NCBI RefSeq assembly: GCF_036321535.1
Contig: NC_087437.1
Location: forward strand, 112,036,001-112,100,000
Direction: 5' to 3'
Source of the DNA: Camelus dromedarius
Lineage: Eukaryota
DNA length: 64,000 nucleotides
Of this stretch, positions 49,504 through 61,332 are shown one piece after another (within the stretch, counting starts at the first letter, position 1; the number at the start of each line of letters is the position of its first letter). The notes under the pieces are model-generated. The model ran no database searches. It was not told where the DNA came from and was given only the letters and a program-made list of their open reading frames with translations. Both the position numbers and the translations under genes were made by a program.

Positions 49504-50134
49504 TGAAACTGAGCAGGACGCTGGGGGGCCCCCCTGGAAAAGACTGCCCCCTCCACCCACCCATGTCCTCCTGCCTCTTGTATGTCTTAGTCTCCTGGGC
49601 TTTCCAGAGTTCCAAAGATTGAATTTAATCAGAGAAGTGAGAAAATGCAGAAAGAAAGGAGAACAGTTAAGCAAGACAAATAATAATAATTTAGCTATTA
49701 AACAAAGTCAAGCACCTTTAGTTCCTCCTCACAGGCTATACCTAATATTCTGAGCCATGTCCTTTGAGCTGTTTTGCAGACACTGAAACCCCCACCAGAT
49801 GGAAGAAGTTGCCTGTATGCTGACCACCAACATGTAGACCCCAGAGGGGCTGGAACCGGAAGGTTGATGATGTTGACTCCTGATGGCCTCACCACCAACC
49901 AACCGGAAGAATGTCCACAAGCTGATCACAGGCCCACAACCCCCTTCCTTCACACTGTCTTTAAAAACCTTTCCGTGCAAGCCTTGGAGGAGTCCAGGCC
50001 TTTTAAGCACTAGCTGCCTGGATTCCTTGCTTGGTGCCCTGTGGTAAACGCTGCACTTTCCTTCACCACTGCCCGGTGTCAATAGATTGGCTTTACTGCA
50101 CTTGGCAAGCAGACCCACATTTGGTTTTGTGACA
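49504..50134 (+). mobile_element. Full-length solo ERV1-class LTR (631 bp)
   Basis: TG...CA termini (tgaaactgagcagg...ttttgtgaca) with a 4-bp TSD GCAT at 49500-03 and 50135-38. Confidence 0.85.
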
Positions 50135-51021
50135 GCATTTGGTTCACCATGTGCACCCAATAAATGCTTGTTGTGGACAAAACACAGGATGAAATCCATT
50201 TTCTAAGGGAAAAGGGGTGAATTTCCACATGAGTGGTGGGGGAAAGAGTGAATTTCTGTAGCACCTGCTGGTTTGCTGGGCCTTTGACATTTTACACTCA
50301 TAACCTCGTTTAAAATGAGAAGCCAGTGGAATGTACATTATCCGTTATCCCCATTTCACAGATGGGAAACGGTCTCTTGAGCTTGGCATACTCATTCAGT
50401 GTTACGGAGCAGAGCCCAGAGGCCTCTAAGTGACCCCTTTCAACTCATTAGGTGGCCTGAACCAGCCCCTGTCCCCAGGGAGCTATTCACCTGTCAGTTG
50501 ACCATGTTTGACTTGGGCTCTTGTTCACGCCCAGCCTTTGAGAAGCTACCCTCCTAATCTCTGTATCCTTTGTATCTGTGTGGGGTCAGGCTCAGCCAGA
50601 CTCAGAGTCCACAGCCTATTTGGAGCTCATTGCTGAAAACATCTTTTTTTTTTTCAACTTATGCTGAAAACATCTTTTTTTTTCAACTTACCCACCTGGC
50701 CTGTCACCCATGGGAAAGAGCCTCACCCTGAAAGCACACTTTTGCTCGCAGTGTGTTACAAAAGAAAAGGAAAAAACCCTCTAACTCGCATAAGGCACAC
50801 AGAATCCAGAGGAATCCAACCTCCCCCAGAGCAACATGATGGAAGCTGGATGGAGAGACTGAACTATGATGACTGAGAAGTGTCAGCTTGTTTAATAACA
50901 CGGCCAGGATCAGCAATGTTTGAAGGGACTTTACCAAGTGCCACTAAATTTATATTTGCCTGCATCACTGATGACCTAAGATCTTTCTAGCTCTGCCTAA
51001 TAAAGAAATTAAAGGTGTCTC

Positions 51022-51267
51022 CTTTTCACTTTGGAATAACTTCAGATTCACAGAAAAGTTGCCACGATGGTACAGAGTCCCCATACACCCTTCTGGTAGC
51101 TTCGCTTCTTGTTAACATCTGACGTAACCTTGGAGCATTTGGCACAATTAAGAAATTAACATTGTTACCCTGCTATTAACCAGATGACAGATTCTGTTTG
51201 AATTTCACCAGTTTTCCCACTAATGGTCTTTGTTCCAGAGAAGAGTGAAGGGTAAAAAAAATCCATG
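51022..51267 (-). repeat. Duplicated L1MC-like 3' fragment, copy 1
   Basis: Near-identical to 53219-53454. Confidence 0.85.
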
Positions 51268-51514
51268 ATTCACATCCTGCCCCCTGTCCTCACTCATCAC
51301 TTTTTTAAGAGTTATCTGTATAGGTTTTTGTTCTGCCTAACAATTAATTTCCCACCAGCCATTCCCCTCGGCTTTTTGAACTACCTGATCAGGGCTTACC
51401 TGGTGCATTAAAAGAGGTTCGTTGATGGATCACTGCTCTATTGTGTCCCGTCAGGCAAGTTCTTTTCCTGGTGAGATGCCTGGATGTGCAATAGGAAAGC
51501 TCTAGACTCCAGCA

Positions 51515-51721
51515 TCACTGCCCACTAGAACTTTCTGCAAGGATGGAAATGTTTTATATCTGTAGTGGCCCAATATGATAGCCACTAGCTGCACGTGGCC
51601 TTTGAGCACTTACAGTGTGGCCAGTGTGACTGAGGAGCTGAATTCTTAAGTTTATTTAATTTTAATTAATTTAAATTTAAATAGCCACATGCCGCTAGTG
51701 GCTATGTACTGGACAGTGCAG
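51515..51721. mobile_element. MER3-like hAT-Charlie element
   Basis: tagaactttctgcaaggatggaaatgtt...tagccactagc...ttaatttaaatttaaatagccacatg...ctagtggct. Confidence 0.8.
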
Positions 51722-52422
51722 TTCTGGGACAAGAGGCTGCAGGATGCTCTGGTGGTCAGACCTCCCCAGGGGCATCATTAATTGTTGTGCTTCCCTTGCT
51801 TAAACCAACACAACTGGGCCAGGCCCAAAATGCAGAGAGTTTCCTCAAAGTCAGAAGTATGTCTTTGACCATAAAACATTATTTGTATTGATTCTAACAG
51901 CAGGAAAACCCATCATTCAGTGCCAATTAAGATCATCAGAATTTGGAAGGATCAGAGTTTAAAATATTGGCCAGTTTGTTATAGTCTCGCAAGACAGTCT
52001 TTTCATCACTACTCTCCAACCTTCACCTCCTCCCCAATCCACCCCCAAGACCCAAAACTCTGTTACTTTTTACCTTCCTCTTCATTTTTAGCTTCCAACC
52101 TAAATCAGGAGCACTAGTACCTTATGCATAGTCAAGAAAAGCACATAATTTTGGGGTGGGGGGGCTGACATTATTATTTAATTGCCCACATTTTCCCCTT
52201 ATTCAAATAGTCGAAGATCTGAGTTTCAAAGTCTTTGTTTTAGAAGGTATGCCTACTGTCTACAGAAACTTTTCCATGGTCTTTGCCAACCATCTGGAAA
52301 GTTCTTTAATTGTTCCCAAGATCTACTGCAGATAAGCACATTCTCTGGGTATGGAAGATAGACTTCGTACAACCTCACCTGCAAAAGTGCTCTTGTGCCA
52401 ATGAGATGGTTGACCACTCTAC

Positions 52423-52638
52423 TCAGGGTTTCTCAATACAGCATCATTACATTTAGGGCTGGATAATTCTCTCTCATGAGTGACTGCCCTGTGCATGATA
52501 GGATGTTTATTAGTATCCCTGGCCTCTTCTTACTAGGTGCTGGAGGCTCCCTACCCACAGCTGGGACAACTGAAAAGGTCTCCAGACACTGCCAAATGTC
52601 TCCTGGAGAACAAAATTGCTCCCAGTTGACAAGCCCTT
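52423..52638. mobile_element. MER20-like hAT-Charlie element
   Basis: cagggtttctcaa...ggctggataattct...ctccagacactgccaaatgtctcctgg...cccagttga. Confidence 0.8.
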
Positions 52639-53218
52639 CTCTTCTTCCATGAAACACTCACGTTGAGGCAAGCACTCACTCAGGTAAGGGAACTAAGGAG
52701 AAAAAAGTCACCCAAGGCCACGTGTTTGGACCTGAGTCTTTAACTGTCCTAAACCTCTTTCCATTAGTGATGGGCCCTTGCCCCTGAACTCTGAGCAATA
52801 AGAGTGGAAGATACGGTGATTTTGCCTAGATAACTCCGGAATACTTTTTGGAACCAAGAAGGTTAGACCCCAAAATGTGAGAAGCTTGACTCATCTGGTG
52901 TCCTGCATGGAAACTGTTTAAAATTAAGAGACACTCCATGATGATATGATTCTCCAAGTATAGACTTATTTCAGTGAAATTGAATTAATAAGAAAAAGTC
53001 ACAGTGATTGGGCCCTTTTACCAGGGCTTAGGCATTGTTCCAGGTGTGCTAGTTCAAGGAGTCCTTTTACTCTTATTTTACTGATAAGGAAGCCCAGAGA
53101 GCACGTAGTTGGTGGTGAGGTGCAAGATCCCAGGCGTTCAGAGATCACTTTATACCGGCACATCAAAAAGTACCCTCTAAATTTTATGTTACTGAAAAAA
53201 CGTTCATTTTTAAGTTAA

Positions 53219-53480
53219 CTTTTCACTTTGGAATAAATTCAGATTCACAGAAAAGTTGCCCCAATAGTACAGAGTCCCCATACACCCTTCTGGCCGCTTC
53301 CCTTCATGTTAACATCTGACGTAAACTTGGAGCATTTGGCACAATTAAGAAATTAACCCTGCTATTAGCCAAACGACAGATTCTGTTTGGATTTCACCAG
53401 TTTTCCCACTAATGGTCTTTGTTCCAATGAAGAGTGGAGGGTAAAAAATCCATGGTAACATATTGCATTTAGTTGATCTT
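53219..53480 (-). mobile_element. L1MC-like 3' fragment (copy 2 of the duplication)
   Basis: ttcagattcacagaaaagttgc...tacagagtccccatacaccc, continuing into atattgcatttagttg. Confidence 0.75.
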
Positions 53481-53543
53481 CACGTTTAATAGTGTTGACC
53501 GAAGACTTGCTCAAAGCAATTATAGACATCGCTCCTATGGAGC

Positions 53544-53748
53544 TTTTTTTTTTTTTTTTTTGATTAATAGACTTTGTTTTTTTACAGCAGTTTCAGATTC
53601 ACAGCAGAATTGAGCAGAAAATACAGAGTTCACATATATCCCTCCCCACCCACACATATATCCTCCCCTACCCTCTGCATCTCTCATCAGTGTGGCATAT
53701 TTGGTACAATCAATGAATCAACATGGGCACATTATTATCAACCACAGT
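53544..53748 (-). mobile_element. 5'-truncated L1MC-like insertion with TSD
   Basis: Poly(T) followed by cagcagtttcagattcacagcagaattgagcagaaaatacagag; flanked by ctcctatggagc (53532-43) and ctcctatggaac (53749-60). Confidence 0.75.
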
Positions 53749-55928
53749 CTCCTATGGAACATTTTATACAAAAATTCCAATGTCATGAAAAATGGACACA
53801 GGGAAAGCTAATCACTGCTGGATTAAGACTTGGTGGAAGGAGATTTATGAGATTAGAGGGAAATCAGGTGAGCACGGTACACTGGGAGGAAGTATTACAA
53901 TCCCTCAGAGTGGAAGAGCCGAACCATCCTGAGCGTAATTAAAGCACAACAGATAACGACTCCCCTGGAAAAGGATGCAGGGGAAAGAAGTGCCACAAAG
54001 ACCGCACAGGGCAGCGAAGGGTCCGTTTTACAAAGTGACAAGAAAATCTCCCTCTTCAAATCTTCTTCGTAGGAGTCTAACTTCCACCGTGACTTCTGCT
54101 GCTGGGTGATGAGCAGTTTCCCAGGGGAAAACCAGACAGAAGAAATCAGTGAAGGAGTCCGTGCCCAGACGCATCCGCGCAGACAGAGGAGTCGTGCCTA
54201 TTTCAGAGCCACCAACAAAAGCCTCGCTTCTGCAATTAGAAAGAGCTCGGCTGCTTTTAAACCTGCACCGTCGACATCCAGAATCCACTTTATCAGAATC
54301 AATAGATAAAGAACCTTTACTTAAAGGCATGACCAGCACACCCTGCTGAATCACTTAGAAGATCAGTAAAATTCTGTTAGAAAGCAACGGATAGGCACCA
54401 GATTTGGACACATGCAAGATGACATAGAGCATATTTCCGTCTCCAAAACCTCTCTTGCAGGCATTCTCCTATCCCCAGCACGTCAACATTATAACTGGCA
54501 TTACTATGATTTTTTTTTAAGGACCCTAAAACAATACCAGAGAAGAGGCAAGAGGTCAGGAGATTGGAAAACACGGAAACACGATGCAGTAGAAGCTGAC
54601 TTTCTCCACCTGGCTTACGGTGCTGCTCCCCCAGCCCTCGCTTCTTCCTCCACCCCCAGCACCCCCAACTCTCTCCGCCTTCCTCCATATGTATGTTCCT
54701 AATTTAGAGTGTTAATTCCTTTCCTTTTTTTTTTTTTTTCCTGGAATGAGAGAATCTAACTAACAATGGATAAGAAAACCGTGACTCTGACCAGGAGAAT
54801 GGATGTCACACAGTTTTTGTTTTTTCCCCCCAAATCAGAGCAGAAATGTTCCAAGAATACATACAATTTGAGAAACTTAACAAGTCATGGAACAAACCTA
54901 ACCCTCCAGGCTAATGAAATTACAAGGAATAAACACACAGGAGATTTGCCTGAAGGTGACTAAAATTAACAAACTATAACATGACCCACTGGAAAGGACC
55001 CAAGAGCAGATGCTAGCTTAGCTGAACTGACAATAAGCTAAGTGGTGATCAGCCATAATGCGATGGCTCGTTGACCTGGCCAACACATGTAGAAGCAGTC
55101 CAACTGAAGTCAGTACCCACGGTGTCAGGTTGGGAGACAAGGATCTCCCAGCGAGGAGCGTGCCCTTCTGGGAAAGCCAGCCAGAGAGACAACAGGCTGG
55201 ATGATTACAGCAAATCATGTTGTTCCACACGTCCGAAACCATCAATGAGTGATGATTGATTCAGGAGATGGAAAAAGCAAGAACAGACTCGGGGTCTGAA
55301 AGGTGGGGAAGGCAGCAGGAAGGATGGGGATTTAAACTGGCCCTGAAAGATGAAGCCGATTTGAGCATGGAATTGGGGGACGCTAAAAGTTAGTCCACCC
55401 TTGGGTTTATTCTGCTCAGAGAACTCTGACATCCTTCTGACTATGGAAAGAGCAAGGCTACTCATGGTGAAGAGTGAGACCTGCCCCCCTGCCACGGGAT
55501 GGTGACTCACAAAACTGGCTGTGCATCAAAACCACCTGGGTGGTTTGTTTGTTCGTTCTTAACATTCACACTGGGGTCCGACTCCAAACCTACTGAGTCA
55601 GCATCTCTGATACCACGGATGCGTGTGTTATAATCATCAGGTGGTGCCGATCCAGTGAGCTACACCAGTGACCCCATCTCAAAAACAAAGAAACTGAGGC
55701 CCCGAGAAAGGATTCGATTGGCCTACAGGGCATATATAGTGAATTCTGTTGGCAGGTGAATTTCCAGCTATCCCCCCCCAAACTTTCTGCTCCAGTGCTG
55801 TGCTCAGAAAGTCCACTACAGTGACAAGCAAATGTGACCCTAGCACCTCTCCTGGGCCAGGGTCCTGGCGGCTGTCAGGGCGCACTGAATTTCAGTACCT
55901 TGTAGCCACATCATTGCTAACACCCACA

Positions 55929-56032
55929 TTCTTCTTCTTCTTCTTTTTTTAATAGAGGTACTGGGAATTGAAGAGCCTCAGAGCCTCAGGCTAGCTAAGC
56001 ATGCGCTCTACCACTGAGCTATATTCCTCTCC
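55929..56032 (-). mobile_element. tRNA-derived SINE (Vic-1-like), second copy
   Basis: Reverse strand reads ggagaggaatatagctcagtggtagagcgcatgcttagc...caattcccagtacctctatt(a)n. The B-box region is disrupted by a gagcctca duplication. Confidence 0.8.
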
Positions 56033-56919
56033 TACAAAGAAACGGCTTCTTGATCTACCCCTGGAATTGAACCATTTGTCCATAGTGAGGTGGGGGACAG
56101 TAAAAACAAAATCACTGACTTTATAGTTTTGCCTTTTCCTGCTTTGCCTTAGACCTTAGCCTCAGAAGCTGCCCCCTCACCCCTACCTGCTACAGACACA
56201 CCATCTCTAAGTAAGTAAGGGCTCTCTCTTGCTCCTTAGCCCAAACTTCATTCCCTCCACACTGTCATCCCAGGGGTTCCTTGCAAACGCTTTTAGGCTC
56301 TTTTCTCATTTTTTAAAAGGATATGTACAAACATACAAGACATGCTCTATTTTAGCCAAAAGAAACAGGTTCATGTCCCCAAATGCTCTAGTGCCTCTCC
56401 CCAGTCCTCTCATAATTTACTAATATGTCATCCCGCCCTCTCCTCCAATATCTTTCCAGATGTCTTGAATCCCTAAGCCAGACCACAGTCAGTTTCTGTT
56501 CTCCTGCAACACTTCCTCCCACAAGGCTTTGCAGCTCCTGCCTGCCCTGCCCGAATCTGTTGCCCCACCGCCTTCCTCCTCGGGCTCCCAAGTAGGCAGA
56601 CTTCAGTCCAACGCTCAGCTGCTTTGAAACAAAGGGGTGGGGGTGGGGCATTTCCTCTAGATGACCAACCCCCAGTTCAGTCCTCCCCAGGCTGCCCCAC
56701 CTTTTCTGTTTCCAAAGAGTTTCTTAGCTCTCATTCCAAAGATGAATCCTCCAGGTCAGGGGTCCCTGGCCCCCTGGTCCTCTGCACATTGCCCCCAACA
56801 TCCCATCAGCTTTGCTTGGGCAATAATCTCTGGCAGGGGACTAAGGCCACTGGTGTAAGTGGCATTTAGAACTCACACGTTGTCCTTTCACCTCCTCGTT
56901 AATACTGAAAACCCACTGA

Positions 56920-56990
56920 GTGATTCATTCGTTCATCAAATATTTATGAAGCACCTACTGTACACCAGGCACTGAACTAAGTCCTGGGAG
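56920..56990 (-). mobile_element. L2 3' fragment
   Basis: ttcattcgttcatcaaatatttatgaagcacctactgtacaccaggcactg. Confidence 0.7.
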
Positions 56991-57437
56991 AACTGGGAGA
57001 TTGCTAAGGCTCCATAAGCATTAAGGTTCAACACGAAGGTTTAGAAGATTATTTAGAAATCAAATCCAGAGCTGCCTAAAGAAACAGATCAAAGAATCCA
57101 AGTGACTAAAAAGTCTTTTTGTAAAAGGACAATTATCAGAAGACAGCAAAAATCACGTTACAAAATTTGTAGGGGGCCCAGGGACTGGGCTGGGTCATGA
57201 ACAAGGCTTTCATTACACAGCTTAGTGTGTCCACTCATTAAGGAAATTTATTACGTGCCTCCCACGTGTAAGGGCCCTTCCTCTTCTTCGGATGTCTGCA
57301 ACCCGGTGCCTGTGAGGCTGTGGTGATGGGGCTTAAAAATCCAACAGGTGCAAAAAAGTTCCAGCAATCCATTGTACAACAAGATGAATACAGTTAATGC
57401 CACTGAACTGTACACTTAAAAATGGTTAAGATGTTAT

Positions 57438-57767
57438 GTTCCATTTGCTGCAACCTGGATGGACCTAGAGATGACGTTACGAAGTGAAGTAAGTCAAAGA
57501 CAAAGATCCCATATTATTTACACATGGAATCTTAGGAAAAATGGTAGAAATGAACATATTTACAAAACAGAAACAGACTCAGACATAGGAAACAAAATTG
57601 TGGTTCCCAAAGGGGAAAGTGAGTGGAAGGAAGGGTAAATTAGGAGTTTGAGATTAGTAGATACAAACTATTATATAGCGATATAAACAATAAAGTCCTA
57701 TAGTATAGCACAGGGAAACTATTCAATGTCTTGTAATAAACTATAATGGAAAAGAATCTGAAGAAGA

Positions 57768-57817
<50 letters not shown>

Positions 57818-57897
57818 ATAACTGAATCACTATGCTGTGCACCAGAAAGTAACACAACATTGTAAATCAACTATACTTCACTTCAATTAAAAACAAA
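57438..57897 (+). mobile_element. 5'-truncated cetartiodactyl L1 with internal (GT)n
   Basis: ccatttgctgcaacctggatggacctagag...tgtaaatcaactatacttca; 10-bp TSD AAGATGTTAT at 57428-37 and 57898-907. Confidence 0.88.
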
Positions 57898-58654
57898 AAG
57901 ATGTTATTGTTGTGGGGTTTTTTTGGGTTTTTTTTTTGTTTTTTTTTTTAAGTGCAGGTGAAAAAGAAAAAAACCTGACAGATCTCTTTGAACACATCTT
58001 CCCTGAGGACAATGAACCATTTTCTCATGCACATTGGCTCACAGGCAGAGCCAGAAGGATATCACAGCCCTTTAGGAAGGACTCGCAGGGAGTGTGGGGC
58101 GGGCAGGGGTCCGAGGATGAGGAGGCTGCCTCATCCGTGTTGCATCATAGGGACGCAGCAAACGAGACAGACAAACCACAAGCCACAAGCCACCGCACCC
58201 AACCTGCTCCACCAGGCAAAATCCAGCTGCACGCAGCCAGGGGTCTCAACATCTGGGCAAATACTAATCAAGGCTTTTATTTCTTGATTTGTGGAGAAGG
58301 CAGGAATTTTCCATCTTTGCTTCTCTCCCCAGAATTCTGACTGGTTCATCAAATGAGTAGTTCTTATACAGAACTGGTTCTCTGAGCGGATAGAATTTCA
58401 CGTGAAAAAGAGGAAGAAAACGTTGGTCTTAACACTTTGAATGAGAAAAGCACAAAAATGTCTTTCAAACACAGCTGCCAGCGCTGGAGGGATGATGTAT
58501 TCTTCCAATTCATCTGGAGCAGATGAACAAAATAAATCTGGAATCCATTTTTCACTTCATTTCATCTCTGGACTTGTGGGTTGTGTAAAAATTAGGAAGT
58601 AAAATCACCTCTGGTCACCGCCTTCTCTCTTCTCCTCCCTATCAAGGACAAAAA

Positions 58655-58833
58655 ATGGCTGGTTCACAGGGGTGGGACCCCTGCAGTCTGTCGCCCAAGT
58701 CCCCATGTTCAAAAGAGCCCTGTGCTTAGTTTAATGCTTTGTGTCACTCTCTTAAAAATCCTTAATGATTTTTAAACAAGGGCAGCCATATTTTCACTCC
58801 ACACTGGGTCCTGCAGACTATGTAGCCAGTCCT
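58655..58833. mobile_element. MER53-like hAT element
   Basis: gcttagtttaatgct...ttaatgatttttaaacaaggg...actgggtcctgcagactatgtagccagtcctg. Confidence 0.7.
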
Positions 58834-60113
58834 GCCCTTGGTGATGAAAAACTCTTTGAGGTGGTTTCCACAGTTTTTCACACCCCATCCAGGCAACTCC
58901 TCACACTGTCCCCACTTCTATGGCCAGCATCAAAGTCCCTTCCTAATCATGACAGAAGGAGACAGGAAAAATCGTTTCTTATGTTCTAGACCAAGATGAG
59001 TTTTTTTTTTCCCTTGTTAAAAACTACACTCCATTTTAAAGTAGCAGCATGAGTCTTCAGTAGGGGCTACAGTTCTTCAGTTCCATGTACTAAGATGATT
59101 TGACCTTAAAGGAAATAAAATTTCCTTACAGGTCCCACCTAAACTAAAGTAAGGGAAGGGAAGGCTAACAGAGGAAAAACATATGCACTCCTTAAAACTC
59201 AAAGGTTTCAGCTCCCATGCAGTGTACGCAAACATTTCTGTTAACATTGAGCAAAACACAACTTCAATTCCTAAGATTCTAATTCATTCACTAAAAAATA
59301 GGAAAGCAAGTTACACCGAACATCATACTCAACCAACCAGCGTGTACCAAGAGCCTCTTCTCACCCCCACCCCCAGCCCCACTCCCAATGTGAGATTTAA
59401 AATATTTTTATGAAAACAGCATTTGTCGTGTGTTTTTTTTAAGGGTGAGCGTGTGAGATCTAAATAAATTCTAATATATTTCGAATATATTCATTATCAT
59501 GCACTGAAGGCGAATTCCCATTTTCTGGTTCGAGGCAGAAAGTGACAGAGCCTTGTTTGTGACAGCCCCGGGGCATAAGCAATCATTGTGTGGCTTAATT
59601 AGATATTCCCCGTGCTAGTGTGAGGGACATATGTCTATTCACTGGAACAAACACCAAGAGCGGCCGGGCCCTCTCGGCTCCTGCTATATGCAGATAAAGT
59701 CAGCACAAGTGCAGGCTCTCCCAAGGACCTGCGGCCCCAGCCGGCCCCAGCACCCCCGGCCGGCATTCACCAATTGGTTCCAGTTTATTAACAGCCTATG
59801 AACTTCTCATCGGCTCCTGGACTGGTCAGGACTGTCACCTGCAACTGCCAGGCCAGAGCCGCCGCTCCTGAGCCTCGGAAAACGAGCAGGTCCAGATCTG
59901 CTGCACCCCACACATGGTAGCTGTTCACACAAAGGATGATGGAGTGAAGGAGCTGCAAACTTCAAGAGTGGAAAAAGCAGATCAGCCTTGAGGCAGCTGC
60001 AGACAGGAAGGCCAGCCCGTGTGGAACAAGCAACTCTTAGCTAACCCAGACTCAGCAAATTTAAAAACAACTTAAATTCTTATCATCTCAATGTTTCCAT
60101 GTGGCTTTAAACT

Positions 60114-60700
60114 TGGACCTAGAGATGATCATACTATGTGAAGTAAGTCAGAGAAAGACCAATAGTATACAATATCATTTATATGTGGAATCTCAAAAAT
60201 AATACAAATGAACTTATTTACAAAACAGAAGTAGACTCCAGCCAGGACCTACTGTATAGCACAGGGAACTGTACTCAATTTCTTGTAATAACATATAAGG
60301 GAAAAGAAGCTGAAAAAATATATGTATGTATGTGTATAACTGAATTGCTTTGCTGTCCATCTGAAACTAACATCGTAAATCAACTACACCTCAATAAAAA
60401 ATAAAATAAAATAAAGCAGAAATAGACTCACAGACATAGAAAACAAACTTATGGTTATCAAAGGGGAAAGGGGGAGCGGTATAAATTAGGAGTACTGAGT
60501 TAACAGATACACACTACTATGTATAAAATACATAAACAATAAGGATTTACTGTTCAGCATAGGGAACTATATTCAATACCTTATAGTAACCTATAATGAA
60601 AAAGAATCTGAAAAAGAATGCATATATTGAATCACTTTGCTTACACCTGAAACTAGCACAATACTGTAAATGAACTATACAGTTCAATAAAAGAAGAAAA
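60114..60700 (+). mobile_element. L1 3' end containing a nested second L1 3' end
   Basis: Two successive L1 termini; inner copy ~60239-60412 flanked by aaaacagaagtagactc / aaagcagaaatagactc. Confidence 0.8.
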
Positions 60701-60929
60701 AAATATATCACTTCAAACTAATGGGAATGGGGGCAGTACCAAGGGGGGATGTGTTAGCCTATATCTCACCTTCCTTTTGGAAAAGGTAGAAAATGAAAAT
60801 GAGGGGTGGAAACCAGAATGTCCCCGGGTCCCAGGGGTGTTTGTCTCCTGAGCTTCACCTCATGGCTGTGGGCCTTTACCCCTGTCTTAGAACCACATCC
60901 AATTTCTTTCAGCTGAAAAATCATCTTAC

Positions 60930-61332
60930 ATCGCGTATTGGGCTGCCATAGCAAAGCACCACAAACTGAGTGGCTTAAACAGCAGAGATTTACTCTCTCA
61001 CAGACACAGAGGCTGGTGTCTGCAATCCAGGGGTCGGCAGGTGTGGTTCCTTCTGAGGCTGGGAGGGAGCGCCTGCTCCAGGCCTCTCGCCTTGGCTTGG
61101 AGATGGTCATCTTCCCTCTGTGTCTTCACATCGTCTGCCCTCTACATCCATCTGTCTCTGAGCCCCCTTTTTATTAGGACACAGTCATATCGCATTAGGG
61201 CCCATTGTAATGACCTCAGTTTAACCTGATTACCTCTGCAAAGAACCTGTCTCCAAATAAGGTCACAGTTGGAGGTCCTGAGGGTTAGGCCTTCCATAAT
61301 CTTTTTTGGCAGAACACACTTCAAACCACAAC
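60930..61332 (-). mobile_element. MaLR LTR (MLT1B/C-like)
   Basis: gggctgccatagcaaagcaccacaaactgagtggcttaaac...ctccaaataaggtcacag...ttcaaaccacaaca. Confidence 0.85.
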
